DNA from: a virus
Taxonomy: Duplodnaviria > Caudoviricetes
Length of the DNA stretch: 37,394 nucleotides
Strand: one strand, 5' to 3'
Virus record (IMG/VR): IMGVR_UViG_3300028595_000032
Location: 1-37,394 of that record
Part shown: piece after piece, positions 17,258 to 27,102 of the stretch
How the letters are laid out: each line of letters begins with the position of its first letter
Position numbering within the stretch: position 1 is the first letter of the stretch
The notes under the pieces: model-generated
Seen by the model: the letters and a program-made list of their open reading frames with translations, nothing else
What the model was told of the DNA's origin: nothing
Database searches by the model: none
Position numbers and translations under genes: made by a program

Positions 17258-18612
17258 ATATTATACAGAAAATATTCTCAAATATTTATTCTAGCTTTGA
17301 GAGCTTTACAGGCAAAAAAACAGATCTTGTTGAATGGTTTCCCAATATGGTATCCGATAGCGAGGCTGAAAAGGACAGTTGGGAGCACGAAATTAGCGTT
17401 GCAAGGTGCCGACAAATCGCAGACTCTGACGTATTATCTGGAGCGGTAAAGAGAGAAGGATTTAATGTTGTTCAGAATGGAATCACAGTAAAAACACCTG
17501 ATGAAGAGTTTAATAAAAGCTTTGCGCTGTGGTCTAAAATCCCATCTTTCTTTGATTTTTCGGGTGATTGCACTTTAAGGAGCTTTCTAAAATTAATTGT
17601 CAGAGCATGGCGGACTGACGGTGAAGCATTTATCATTGATCATTACTATAAGACCGGTTTTGATGTTCCGTTGTGTTTTGAGTTGGTTCCTGTTGATGCC
17701 TTAGATGCAACAAGAGATAATAGTGACGATATTATCAGGGGCATTCGTTATGATAAGAAAACAGGACGGAAAAAAGCATACTTTTTTATCGATGAAGACA
17801 CTTTACAAAGTCGGGAAATCCCGGCTGAGAATGTTATCCATGCACATCTCAAGAAAGCAATTGGACGTAGGCGTGGTTCTCCGACTCTTGCACCATCGGC
17901 CGTTTCTACAAGAGATATGAGGCAATATATTAGTTTTGAGCGGTTAGCGGCAAAAGTTCATTCGTGCATCACTTTCTTTTTGAAAACAGACAGTCCGGAA
18001 GCATACCGGCAATTACGGCAAGAAAGCAAAATTCCGTTTCCGCGTTCTTTGCAGCCAGGAAGGTTATTTACGCTGCCAAGCGGGACTTCAGTTGAAAATT
18101 CAGGTCAGCAAAGACCGACAAACACTTTTCAACCATTTACACAATCTATACTTCAATTGATATCTTCAAGCATTAACCATGCATACCCTAATTTTAGTGG
18201 GGATTACGCAAGAAGTTCATATAGTGCAGCAAGGATGGCGACGATTGAGGAAAGAATTGGGTTTAAGGACCTTCAAAAAGAATTGATTGATCAAGTCATA
18301 TCACCTATACTTTATAAGTATGCAAGGGCTTGTCAAATATCAGGTCTATTGGCAACATCTATTGATCTTTATTCTTTTGTGTATCAAGAAACAATATATT
18401 TGCCACCAGGATTTGAGGTTGTCGATCCTTTAAAGAAAGCGAAATCACTTGAAATTCTGGTGGATAAAAAAATTCGTACACTTACTAACATTCTCGGTGA
18501 CGAAGGGATTGATTTTGCAAAGCATATGGACCAATTAAAATTAGAAGCGCAAGAAATGTTAGAGCTAGAAACTATTTATGCAAAAATCCGAGAATTAAAA
18601 GGAGAAAACTAA
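17254..18612 (+). CDS. Portal protein, lambda family
   Basis: DGEAFI, IIRGIRYD..GR..AY, IPAENVIH, RG.P.LAP, SGDYARSSYSAAR, VDPLK. Confidence 0.95.
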   Translation: MNIIQKIFSNIYSSFESFTGKKTDLVEWFPNMVSDSEAEKDSWEHEISVARCRQIADSDVLSGAVKREGFNVVQNGITVKTPDEEFNKSFALWSKIPSFFDFSGDCTLRSFLKLIVRAWRTDGEAFIIDHYYKTGFDVPLCFELVPVDALDATRDNSDDIIRGIRYDKKTGRKKAYFFIDEDTLQSREIPAENVIHAHLKKAIGRRRGSPTLAPSAVSTRDMRQYISFERLAAKVHSCITFFLKTDSPEAYRQLRQESKIPFPRSLQPGRLFTLPSGTSVENSGQQRPTNTFQPFTQSILQLISSSINHAYPNFSGDYARSSYSAARMATIEERIGFKDLQKELIDQVISPILYKYARACQISGLLATSIDLYSFVYQETIYLPPGFEVVDPLKKAKSLEILVDKKIRTLTNILGDEGIDFAKHMDQLKLEAQEMLELETIYAKIRELKGEN

Positions 18613-18613
18613 A

Positions 18614-20851
18614 TTGAAAGATATTTCTATTCCTTTAGAGGAGCATTCGTCTTTGTGGGCTTTAAAAAGTGATTTCATACAAAATGTTTTAAGCTCAATA
18701 CCCGATAAACTCCAATCAATGTCAGCTCATGTAGGTTCTCAGGGCCCTCCTGATATAGATGCTCTTTTTTATCCCTATGAAGTGGTTAAGGGGGTTGCTA
18801 CATTGAATGTGAGCGGGACAATATATCCTTTAGGTTATATTGACACAGATCCTGTGGATACATGGTACGATCCAAGAATTTTGCAAAATACGTTTTTTAA
18901 ATTGAAAGAAGATGAGAGTGTCACCTCTGTCCATATAAATGTTGATTGTCCAGGGGGGAATGCTAGCTTTATTGATGTGGCTTCTTATGCGTTTGACCAA
19001 TTAACAAAGACAAAGGACACACATGTTTATGTTTCGACGTATCTTTGCAGTGCAGCGTATTGGATTTTTTGCACGGCCAGTCGTATATATGCGACGAGTC
19101 TTAGTGAAGTTGGGAGTATCGGGGTTTACATGACGAAATACGACATGACGAAATTTTATTCGGATAATGGTATCGATATTCGGATAATTGCTACTGGAAA
19201 AAGAAAGGCTGATAGTTCAAGATTCACTGCAAGTACTCAGGAAGTTTTATCTTCCTTGCAACAAAGGGTTAATGAATATGGCGATATGTTTTTTAATCGT
19301 GTTTCGGTTGCCAGGGGGCTAGAGACTAAGACTGTTGCTGGTATGGAAGGACAAGCCTTTATGGCGACGAAAGCTTTAGAATATAATTTAATTGATGAAA
19401 TAATTTTAACTCAATCAAATAATGGAGGGTTTATGAAAGAAGATCCCACGCCGGTTGCGAAAAATGCAGTTGAACCGGTAAAGAAAGAACCGGTGAAAAC
19501 AGAACCGGTGAAAGCAGAACCGGTGAAAGCAGAACCGGTGAAAGCAGAACCGGTGAAAACAGAAGGTATGACCGGCGAAGACGTAAGAACCTTGACGTCT
19601 CGTGCTTTGGCTGCCGGTCTTCCAGCTGACGCCGTTGAAGGTATCCTTAGAGCAAAAACTTTGGAAGAAGGGACACAGAAAATTTTTGAACATTTGGGGA
19701 CATCAGATAACGGTCCGTCTCATAAAGGGGCGCATTCAAGAACAACTCTTATCAGTGACAAGGATGATAAGATCTACAATGCCATAACAGACGGTCTTAT
19801 AATTCAAGCCGGTTTTGATGTCGAGGAACCGGCTGCCGGTGCGATTGATTTTTCAAATGCTTCTTTTATGGGTATTGTTGATGAATATTTAAGGGCTCAT
19901 AACAAATATTCTTTTGGAATGTCAGAGACTGACAGATTAGGCATCGTCTTTGCTAGTTCTGGCGGGGGACATACCACTTCAGATTTTAAGGAACTGATTC
20001 ACACGACCGCAAAAACAATTGTCTATCGTGAATATATCAACGAATCCAGCGTATGGACAGTTCTTTGTCGGGAAGTTGACGCCAATGATTTCGGGCAGAT
20101 AAACGCTGTTACTTTATCAGACTTCCCTCGTTTAGAAGAAATGGACGAAAAAGGAAGATTCCGGTCAGGGGTATTGAAAGAAAAGGGGGAAGGATACAGA
20201 GTAAAGAAAAGAGGCGTACAAGTCGGGCTTACATTTGAAATGATGGTTGGAGATCAGTTTGGTGTCTTTTCTGACATTTTAATTTCTGCTGCAAGTGCCG
20301 CAAGAGCAATGGAAGACGAATTATTTTTTGAATACTTATTGGCAAATCCCACTATGAAGGATGGGACACAAATGTTCTCAGAAGCAAATGGGAATATGCC
20401 AGGTGAAGGGCAGCCACCAACTCTTGAAAGTATCCAGGCGGGCCGAACGTGTGTGAGGCGTTATAAATCAACAAATGGAAGATTCCGACGGATTAATCCA
20501 GAATATATTTTGACTTCTGAAAAGCATGCGTCAAATGTAGATGTTTTATTAACTTCTGCCGGTCATACAGGGGACCACAAAAGCGCTTTGGTTAAAAATC
20601 CTTTGACCGGTAAATTGAAGCATTTTTCAGATCCTTCAATCGATGATTCTGAAAACCCTGATGGCTGGTATTTGTTTTGTCCTAAAAAACAAGCGCCGGC
20701 GTTTCAGGCCTCACGATTGAAGGGGCATAAAACACCTTTTGTCGTCCGAAATGCTGATCATGCGACTGATTCAATAATTTATACCGTGCGTCACGTTATC
20801 GGTTTTGGTGCGATTGAACCACAGGGCATCTATTTTAATCCTGGGAAGTAA
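18614..20851 (+). CDS. S49 prohead protease fused to scaffold and major capsid protein
   Basis: VDCPGG, CSAAYW and VGSIGV in the N-terminus; HTTSDF, GLTFEM..D and P.YIL capsid motifs in the C-terminus; internal RBS + ATG at 19433. Confidence 0.92.
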   Translation: MKDISIPLEEHSSLWALKSDFIQNVLSSIPDKLQSMSAHVGSQGPPDIDALFYPYEVVKGVATLNVSGTIYPLGYIDTDPVDTWYDPRILQNTFFKLKEDESVTSVHINVDCPGGNASFIDVASYAFDQLTKTKDTHVYVSTYLCSAAYWIFCTASRIYATSLSEVGSIGVYMTKYDMTKFYSDNGIDIRIIATGKRKADSSRFTASTQEVLSSLQQRVNEYGDMFFNRVSVARGLETKTVAGMEGQAFMATKALEYNLIDEIILTQSNNGGFMKEDPTPVAKNAVEPVKKEPVKTEPVKAEPVKAEPVKAEPVKTEGMTGEDVRTLTSRALAAGLPADAVEGILRAKTLEEGTQKIFEHLGTSDNGPSHKGAHSRTTLISDKDDKIYNAITDGLIIQAGFDVEEPAAGAIDFSNASFMGIVDEYLRAHNKYSFGMSETDRLGIVFASSGGGHTTSDFKELIHTTAKTIVYREYINESSVWTVLCREVDANDFGQINAVTLSDFPRLEEMDEKGRFRSGVLKEKGEGYRVKKRGVQVGLTFEMMVGDQFGVFSDILISAASAARAMEDELFFEYLLANPTMKDGTQMFSEANGNMPGEGQPPTLESIQAGRTCVRRYKSTNGRFRRINPEYILTSEKHASNVDVLLTSAGHTGDHKSALVKNPLTGKLKHFSDPSIDDSENPDGWYLFCPKKQAPAFQASRLKGHKTPFVVRNADHATDSIIYTVRHVIGFGAIEPQGIYFNPGK
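19472..19561 (+). repeat. 15-bp coding tandem repeat x6 (EPVK[K/T/A])
   Basis: GAACCGGT(G/A)AA... units in the protease-capsid linker. Confidence 0.97.
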
Positions 20852-20903
20852 ATAATATATATAATCCTGGGAAGTAAATAATATATATATATATATATAT
20901 ATA
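20836..20903. repeat. 26-bp duplication of the capsid gene end followed by (AT)11
   Basis: TAATCCTGGGAAGTAAATAATATATA at 20836 and 20862; AT dinucleotide run 20881-20902. Confidence 0.95.
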
Positions 20904-20920
20904 GGGAGGTAAGAGATAAG

Positions 20921-21259
20921 ATGAGTACAGTATTTGACCAAGTTGGAGACAGAGTCCGTTATAAGAACACCACTGATTCGGATATATCAGTTGATGAAGT
21001 CCAAGTTATCGGGGACATTCTAGGTGTGCCACAAACAGACATTGCAAAAGGTGAGACAGGAACGTGTTTCATTTCGCAATCACACTTTTTGCCAAAAAAG
21101 AGTGGTGAAGCAATGCCACAAGGTAAAAAGGTTTATTGGCACAAGACCAATAAGCATGTTTGCTTAACACAGGATTCTGGTAATACTGTTGCTGCTGGTG
21201 TCGTTTGTGTGGATGCAAAGAGTTCTGATTCAAAAGTTTCAGTCATATTGAATATGTGA
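20921..21259 (+). CDS. DUF2190-family capsid decoration/cement protein
   Basis: Q.G, GV..TDIA.GETG, LPK, G.KVYW and V.V.LN pattern; directly after the capsid gene; GGAGGT RBS. Confidence 0.88.
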   Translation: MSTVFDQVGDRVRYKNTTDSDISVDEVQVIGDILGVPQTDIAKGETGTCFISQSHFLPKKSGEAMPQGKKVYWHKTNKHVCLTQDSGNTVAAGVVCVDAKSSDSKVSVILNM

Positions 21260-21765
21260 TGCTGTCCATATTAGACATTAATTCCGATGGTCAAGCAGAC
21301 GAAAAAGACCTAGAATTGTTTTTAAACTATCGGTCTTCTTCGACTCTTGAACGTGTACATGAAAAAAGGATAAAGGCGATTACTGCCTTTATCCCTGTTG
21401 ATGATGCCATTTCTTTTTTAGAGGATGGTTCCAACTCTGCTGTTACTCCTGAGGAAATATTCTTAAGTGAAGATCAATACGAACTTTTTTCCGATGACAT
21501 AGGCTCTTTTCAATATGTAATCGCTTATCATTCAAAGAAATATGTTCGTATGCCTTCTATTGTTCAATATCAGGAAGATTCAGAAGATAATGGAATCATT
21601 TATAAAAATATAAGCTTGATTGTTCCTTCCCAAATAGAATACAAAGATATTGTTTTTGTTGATTATTTTCCCTGGGTCGTTGTGAGTTCAAGTTATCACC
21701 TCTTGACATATAAGTGTAATGCTCGTTCTCTGGTTCGGTCAAAGCGTTTAAAGGGGGGCCCTTAG
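21256..21765 (+). CDS. Probable head-tail joining protein with an N-terminal EF-hand/dockerin-like loop
   Basis: Position in the head-tail module; DINSDGQADEKD. Confidence 0.55.
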   Translation: MMLSILDINSDGQADEKDLELFLNYRSSSTLERVHEKRIKAITAFIPVDDAISFLEDGSNSAVTPEEIFLSEDQYELFSDDIGSFQYVIAYHSKKYVRMPSIVQYQEDSEDNGIIYKNISLIVPSQIEYKDIVFVDYFPWVVVSSSYHLLTYKCNARSLVRSKRLKGGP

Positions 21766-22371
21766 ATGTTAATATATGTCCGTGTTAAGGACAATGCCGG
21801 GCCATATATAAATTACATGGCTTATAACCATCCAAAATTGATTAATAGTGCGATGTTTGTAGCGGCAAGGGACCAATTAAAAGGAATGAAACAGAGGTTG
21901 AAAAAGGGTGGCACTAGAGCGGCAAAATTACCACGTCTATCTGAAATGAGAAGGTCGAGGAAAATATCTAAATATCACAATCGACCGCATTCAAACCGGC
22001 TTTTATTTGGCCGTGTCTTCCATGCAATCGGAAGATTGTCAGTTAAGGACAGGCTTCAAGTACGATTTGGGTTTAGGGGGTCTCCAAAATCGCAATATTG
22101 GGGTAATAAGGTTGCTGCAGGTTATTATCAGAGGCCGATAACACCAAAACAGCAAAGACATTTGGCAGCTCTTGGCTTTAAGGTTAAAAAAGGCCGGCGT
22201 TTGAAAAACCCGGCAAGAAGATTGTTTAGGCATGTGCATAAAGAAGAACAATACCGTTTTTTTAGGAATGTAGAAAAAATAATGGCTAAAAAAAGAGCGA
22301 AAACATGGAAAAGAGATGTTAATCGAAAATGGAAAAATGCATTTAAAAAACCTCCTTTAGGAGGGCTATGA
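21766..22371 (+). CDS. Basic neck / tail-completion protein
   Basis: Arg/Lys-rich; ITPKQQR.L and PAR..F motifs; position. Confidence 0.6.
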   Translation: MLIYVRVKDNAGPYINYMAYNHPKLINSAMFVAARDQLKGMKQRLKKGGTRAAKLPRLSEMRRSRKISKYHNRPHSNRLLFGRVFHAIGRLSVKDRLQVRFGFRGSPKSQYWGNKVAAGYYQRPITPKQQRHLAALGFKVKKGRRLKNPARRLFRHVHKEEQYRFFRNVEKIMAKKRAKTWKRDVNRKWKNAFKKPPLGGL

Positions 22372-22844
22372 TGCCTAGATCTTCTTATGACATAGCTTTG
22401 TCTATTTGTGAGCATCTTTCTTTGAATGATGTTTTTAACGAAATTCTTTTAGGAACTGATCAAAAAAACCATGAACCTTTAGATCTATCGATTGTTGCTG
22501 ATGAAGTTGTTGACGATGAAGTTGTTGACGATGAAGCGGAAGAAATCCGATCAAATCATTTGATCGTTTATCCCATAAGTTCTGTTGAGGACGAGGGGCA
22601 TAACGAAGTCGATATCTACTTTCAGTATACTGTTCGTAACCCATCGGTTACGACTTTCAATAATTTGAAAATTTATGAAGGGCTGAAAACAGTTTCAGAC
22701 ATAGAACAAATAATCTTTGGGCTAAAACATTTTAATTCATTTAGCGGTCGAGTCGTAGATAATGAAATTTTGCCGGTTGAAAATTTTCCCTTTTTTTTGG
22801 GATATACAGTCCTAAGATATAGATTTCCTATAACAATAAAGTAA
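22368..22844 (+). CDS. Probable tail terminator protein
   Basis: Acidic 158-aa ORF immediately before the tail tube gene; contains DEVVD x2. Confidence 0.5.
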   Translation: MMPRSSYDIALSICEHLSLNDVFNEILLGTDQKNHEPLDLSIVADEVVDDEVVDDEAEEIRSNHLIVYPISSVEDEGHNEVDIYFQYTVRNPSVTTFNNLKIYEGLKTVSDIEQIIFGLKHFNSFSGRVVDNEILPVENFPFFLGYTVLRYRFPITIK

Positions 22845-22861
22845 AACATAAAAGGTGAATA

Positions 22862-23806
22862 ATGAATAGTATATATTATTTATTGTATGGTGCAGCAGAG
22901 AACGTTTTTGGCACTTTTAATGCTAGTGGTGCTACAACATTACTACCTTATTACAGGTCCTCTTTACAGAGGCAACAATCAAAAAAAGAAGACATCTTGA
23001 TTAGAACTGGAAAAAGAAGTTCAGGGCAAAAAGAATTAAGGGAAGTTGATGTTTCAGGTTCTATAGATGTACCTGTTGACACAGAGGCTTTCCAGTTCTG
23101 GTTAAACTTATTGCTCGGCAATTCGGTTGAGGATCAATCAACGGAAAGCCAGTTCAAAAAAGTTTATAGGCCGGAAGATTCCTTTGACTTGGGGTCCTTT
23201 TGTACATGCCAGGGGATGAAAGATCGGACGGATTATTATAAATTGGGCACAGGGTTAGTGGTTAATGACATGAATTTAACTTTGAGCGCAAGTGAAATCT
23301 CTTGTAGCTTTGGCATTCTTGGTCGTGACGTTCAATATGTTTCGGCGACGAATTATCCATTTTCTGTTGACAAAACATCAGATGAAAAACCTGATATTGA
23401 TTGTTTTCAGACGGTCAATGCAAGCTGTTCAATTGATACCTTTGAAATGTTGGGGGACTTTACGGATTTGACCTTAACAATATCAAATAATTGTGCTCCT
23501 GTCAGAAATATAAAGTCAGGAACACTTGTAAGCGGGTTCCGGCCAAAAACTTTGGCTATCACAGGTACTGTTAAGGGTATCGTCAAAAAAACGTTGTTGG
23601 ACATGGGCATCAATAACCAAATAGTAGCTCTTGAATTTGAATTGAAGAAGAACGATAATTCCCTCAAATTTGCTTTGCCAAACACTTCTTTTAGTAATCC
23701 GAAAGATGAAGTCTCAGGTGACGATGATGTTTATGTTGAAATGGATTTTACAAGTGAAGGTGGCGCAAGTGCTATATTTGTAGAATACATAGCGCCGGCT
23801 TTATAG
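22862..23806 (+). CDS. Tail tube (major tail) protein
   Basis: E..FG, DVSGSI, G..VN.M.L, LTISNN and ITGT motifs; no sheath gene present. Confidence 0.82.
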   Translation: MNSIYYLLYGAAENVFGTFNASGATTLLPYYRSSLQRQQSKKEDILIRTGKRSSGQKELREVDVSGSIDVPVDTEAFQFWLNLLLGNSVEDQSTESQFKKVYRPEDSFDLGSFCTCQGMKDRTDYYKLGTGLVVNDMNLTLSASEISCSFGILGRDVQYVSATNYPFSVDKTSDEKPDIDCFQTVNASCSIDTFEMLGDFTDLTLTISNNCAPVRNIKSGTLVSGFRPKTLAITGTVKGIVKKTLLDMGINNQIVALEFELKKNDNSLKFALPNTSFSNPKDEVSGDDDVYVEMDFTSEGGASAIFVEYIAPAL

Positions 23807-23815
23807 GGGGTTGAT

Positions 23816-24367
23816 ATGGAAGAAAATAGCACAACAAAAAAAAAGAAACCAGAGATACCAGAGAAGATTAAGCCTTTTGTAAAACCTATAACATTAGGTG
23901 TTTTAAGAAGTTTGGCTGCAAATACAGTTAAGCAGTTGTTATCTTCAAAAGAAGAGCACGTTTTTGAAAGTATGAAATCTGTTTTTTTGGCTGTGTTTAC
24001 TCCATTGGAAAATGAGAAAATCCGATGTTTTCTTTTTTATGAGTCTTTATCTCTGTATGATATAATTCTCAAAAAAACGTTTCAATTCGACGAAGAAGAG
24101 AAAATAGACTGGAAGGATTATCCTATAGGACCAAAAAGTTTAACTTTTGGTCATATGGAAATCCTTGAATCAAAAGGGTTTTCTTTTTTTTCTCAGCTTT
24201 CTGAAGATACACTGGATGTTTTGGCAAAAATGGACCTAGTATTTGAAACTGTTTATACCGATGAAGAAAGGAAGCAAATTGATGCGTATCCTGTTATTAT
24301 CGCTATGCGATTGTTTGGGGCTGTTAGAGATTGTACATTTGGCGGCGAGGAAGACTTAAAAAACTAA
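23816..24367 (+). CDS. Tail assembly chaperone (gpG-like)
   Basis: Between tube and tape measure genes; ends TFGGEEDLKN on a slippery heptamer. Confidence 0.75.
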   Translation: MEENSTTKKKKPEIPEKIKPFVKPITLGVLRSLAANTVKQLLSSKEEHVFESMKSVFLAVFTPLENEKIRCFLFYESLSLYDIILKKTFQFDEEEKIDWKDYPIGPKSLTFGHMEILESKGFSFFSQLSEDTLDVLAKMDLVFETVYTDEERKQIDAYPVIIAMRLFGAVRDCTFGGEEDLKN

Positions 24368-24723
24368 AAGCCTTGCATGAATACCATTACAAGAATTTTA
24401 AATATTGCCAGTCATGCAGGGCTATAAAAGGCAAAAAAAAAGAATCTTTAAACTGTTTAACCTGTCAAAGAAAATGTCCGGAGATAGCGCCTCAAAATCT
24501 TAAATCGTGGGATCTTTTTTGTTATTTAAAAAATGACAGAAAACGTCATAACGGAATTGCTTTAGGCTTTGGTGTTGACTATGTTTCACTTGATATTGTC
24601 GCTCGAATTTTAGGACATGATCTTGATAGATGTACACTAAACAAACTATTTTTCTTGGAACAATGTGACTTTGTTATGATGGATGATCCCAAGAAAAAAA
24701 TAAAAAAAAATGAGGCAAAGTAA
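24331..24723 (+). CDS. gpT-like frameshift extension of the chaperone (DUF1799-like)
   Basis: -1 frame relative to the upstream gene, with no good independent start; N..SW.LF and GVDY..L motifs; CxxC..CxxC. Confidence 0.72.
   Translation: MYIWRRGRLKKLKALHEYHYKNFKYCQSCRAIKGKKKESLNCLTCQRKCPEIAPQNLKSWDLFCYLKNDRKRHNGIALGFGVDYVSLDIVARILGHDLDRCTLNKLFFLEQCDFVMMDDPKKKIKKNEAK
24358..24364 (+). other. -1 programmed ribosomal frameshift site A AAA AAC
   Basis: TTA AAA AAC TAA; the -1 frame stays open to 24723. Confidence 0.85.
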
Positions 24724-27102
24724 TTGGCATCATTCTTTACACATATTGTTATCACTGCAAAAGATTCGGCTAGTGCTGTTTTTCGAGCACTAAATGGACA
24801 TGCGGCTAGATATCAAAAAGGTTTGTATTTAGCCAGTACACAGACAAGACAGTTAACAGAAAATTCACGTAATTTAAGAGTAAGCCTGTCAAATTTAATG
24901 GCTGTTTACGCTGCTTTGTCAGGTGGCCAATATATTATGAAAACGGCTATTGATTTTGATAGCTATGAACGAAGTATTTTTGCGGCTGTTGGCACACAGG
25001 ACAAAGCCGCAGATTCGATTAAGTTTTTGGAAGGTGTGTCAGATCATTTAGGGCTTAGACTAAAAGGATTGATGCAAAATTATAAAGACTTGGCAGGGTC
25101 AACGAGGGGAAGTAATTTAGAGGGAAAGGAAACACAAAAAATAATGCTTGCTGTTGGAACGGCTTCTAGTTCAATGGGGTTAAGCATGGATGCCACAAAA
25201 TTGATGATCAAAGCCTTTCGTGACATGGTCTCAAAGGGAAAGATCAGTTCGGAAGAGCTCACACAGCAACTCGGCGACCACCTCCCAGGGGCTCTTAAGC
25301 TTGCTGCTGACTCTATGGATATGACAAAACGTGAACTCCTAGATATGATGCGTTCCGGCGAACTGATGGCAGAGGACTTAATCCCTCGGCTCACGCATGC
25401 AATTTATACGTTTTATTCAAAGTCGTCAAGCCAGAGTTTGAACTCTGCTAGAGCAAATATCAATAGGTTGCAAAATTCTTTTGATAACTTAATTCGGACA
25501 TTTTCGAGAAGTGACTTGATGAATTCCTTTATTGATGCAGTAAAGGAAATAAACGTCCAGATTGAATTCTGGATGTTTAATAACGCTGAATTTATTAAAC
25601 AAGATCTACCAGGGCATATAGAAAATATCTTCTTTAGTGTGAAATCCTTCCTTTCGTTTATAGGTAGAAATCCTGAATATTTTGAATATGGTCTGGTTGG
25701 TTATTTGGTAGGCGGCAAAAAAGGATTGCTAATCGGTTCGTTTCTAGCAAATATATTGCCTCCTGATTTGAAAGAAACGCTTACTTCTTGGGCGAAATAT
25801 GGGATGCAAAAAACACAAGATGCTCGAAATTGGGCATGGGATAAGCGTTTAGGCACATTGAAAGATGATCTTGCAGATAAACAGAAAAGATTAGAACAGG
25901 TTAAGCAGACACTTAATAATCCGATAGATTCTTATTATAACGTAAGTGAGGATACGATTTCACAATTTAGGGCAACTATCAAAGCTGAACTTGCAGAAGC
26001 ACAGAAAAATCTGGATGAATTAGAACAGATGTGCAAGAGATATGGCTTTGCTATAGAAGAAAATCATAAGCATAAGAAAATATTAGACAATATAAAATTT
26101 TACAAAGATGTTTTGACTTATGAAGATGACGATTTGCTACCTTACTTGTCAGGTAAAGGTGATTCATCGTTTTTTGATAATTTTTTTGAAAGCAGCGAGC
26201 GAAATAAATTTTATAATTCTATTCACAAGAGTCAGGAAGCACAAAAGAGCTTTATCCAAAAGAAGATTTTTGAACAACAAGAATTGGTTGATGAGATTAG
26301 AGCTATTCAAGATAAGATAGAGCTTTTTACAGGAAAGGAAACTTACACAGATAATAATATCGATGTGAATGTAAATGAAGCATGGGAATCGTTTTTAAGG
26401 GAGAAAAAAGCAAGGGACAGGGAAAGAAGATCCTTAATTGACTCTTTGTTTGATAAAAAACCTCCTAAGTTTATTCCGTCAGTAAAGCCATCAAAGGATA
26501 TTCCGCCAGTAAAGCAAACAAAAAGTGAAGAGAAAAAAGAAGATGTTACTTTTCAAAAGAATTTGGTTGATATAGAAGCGCAATTCAGAACCCATTCTTT
26601 AAGGATGGAGAATATCGCTTATCAGAGTTATGGTAGTATCGCTAATTCGTTTAGCGATACTGTTCATTCTACAATTATAGGCGATTTAAAAAGTATAGAA
26701 GATCTCGGAAGGAGTGTTGCTGATAGTTTAGCGCAATCTTTTTCGAATATCATCGGGAACATGTTTACACAATCTCTTTATTCATCACTTGGGTTGCCTT
26801 TTCCAAATAGCTTTGGTTCTGGTCCTGGTCCCCAAATGCCTTCACATACTCCTGTGTTGCCTCCTGGCCATCCTAATTATATACCTTCGATTGGTCCGGT
26901 TGCGTTGTCGCCTTCAAATCATAATATTAGTTTTAACATTGTAGACAGGGTAGGTGTAAGTATAACAAAAGCAAGTCAACCAACTCAGACAGGGGATGGG
27001 TTTCAACTGGATCTAGTTGTTGATGCAATAGAAAATTCAATTGTTGATCGGGCTGCAAGGGGAAAATCCGCATTGGCTAATTATATGAACAAAAGGTATT
27101 GA
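24724..27102 (+). CDS. Tail tape measure protein
   Basis: ITAKDSAS N-terminus, SKGKISSEELTQQLGDHLPGA tape-measure motif, coiled coils. Confidence 0.95.
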   Translation: MASFFTHIVITAKDSASAVFRALNGHAARYQKGLYLASTQTRQLTENSRNLRVSLSNLMAVYAALSGGQYIMKTAIDFDSYERSIFAAVGTQDKAADSIKFLEGVSDHLGLRLKGLMQNYKDLAGSTRGSNLEGKETQKIMLAVGTASSSMGLSMDATKLMIKAFRDMVSKGKISSEELTQQLGDHLPGALKLAADSMDMTKRELLDMMRSGELMAEDLIPRLTHAIYTFYSKSSSQSLNSARANINRLQNSFDNLIRTFSRSDLMNSFIDAVKEINVQIEFWMFNNAEFIKQDLPGHIENIFFSVKSFLSFIGRNPEYFEYGLVGYLVGGKKGLLIGSFLANILPPDLKETLTSWAKYGMQKTQDARNWAWDKRLGTLKDDLADKQKRLEQVKQTLNNPIDSYYNVSEDTISQFRATIKAELAEAQKNLDELEQMCKRYGFAIEENHKHKKILDNIKFYKDVLTYEDDDLLPYLSGKGDSSFFDNFFESSERNKFYNSIHKSQEAQKSFIQKKIFEQQELVDEIRAIQDKIELFTGKETYTDNNIDVNVNEAWESFLREKKARDRERRSLIDSLFDKKPPKFIPSVKPSKDIPPVKQTKSEEKKEDVTFQKNLVDIEAQFRTHSLRMENIAYQSYGSIANSFSDTVHSTIIGDLKSIEDLGRSVADSLAQSFSNIIGNMFTQSLYSSLGLPFPNSFGSGPGPQMPSHTPVLPPGHPNYIPSIGPVALSPSNHNISFNIVDRVGVSITKASQPTQTGDGFQLDLVVDAIENSIVDRAARGKSALANYMNKRY

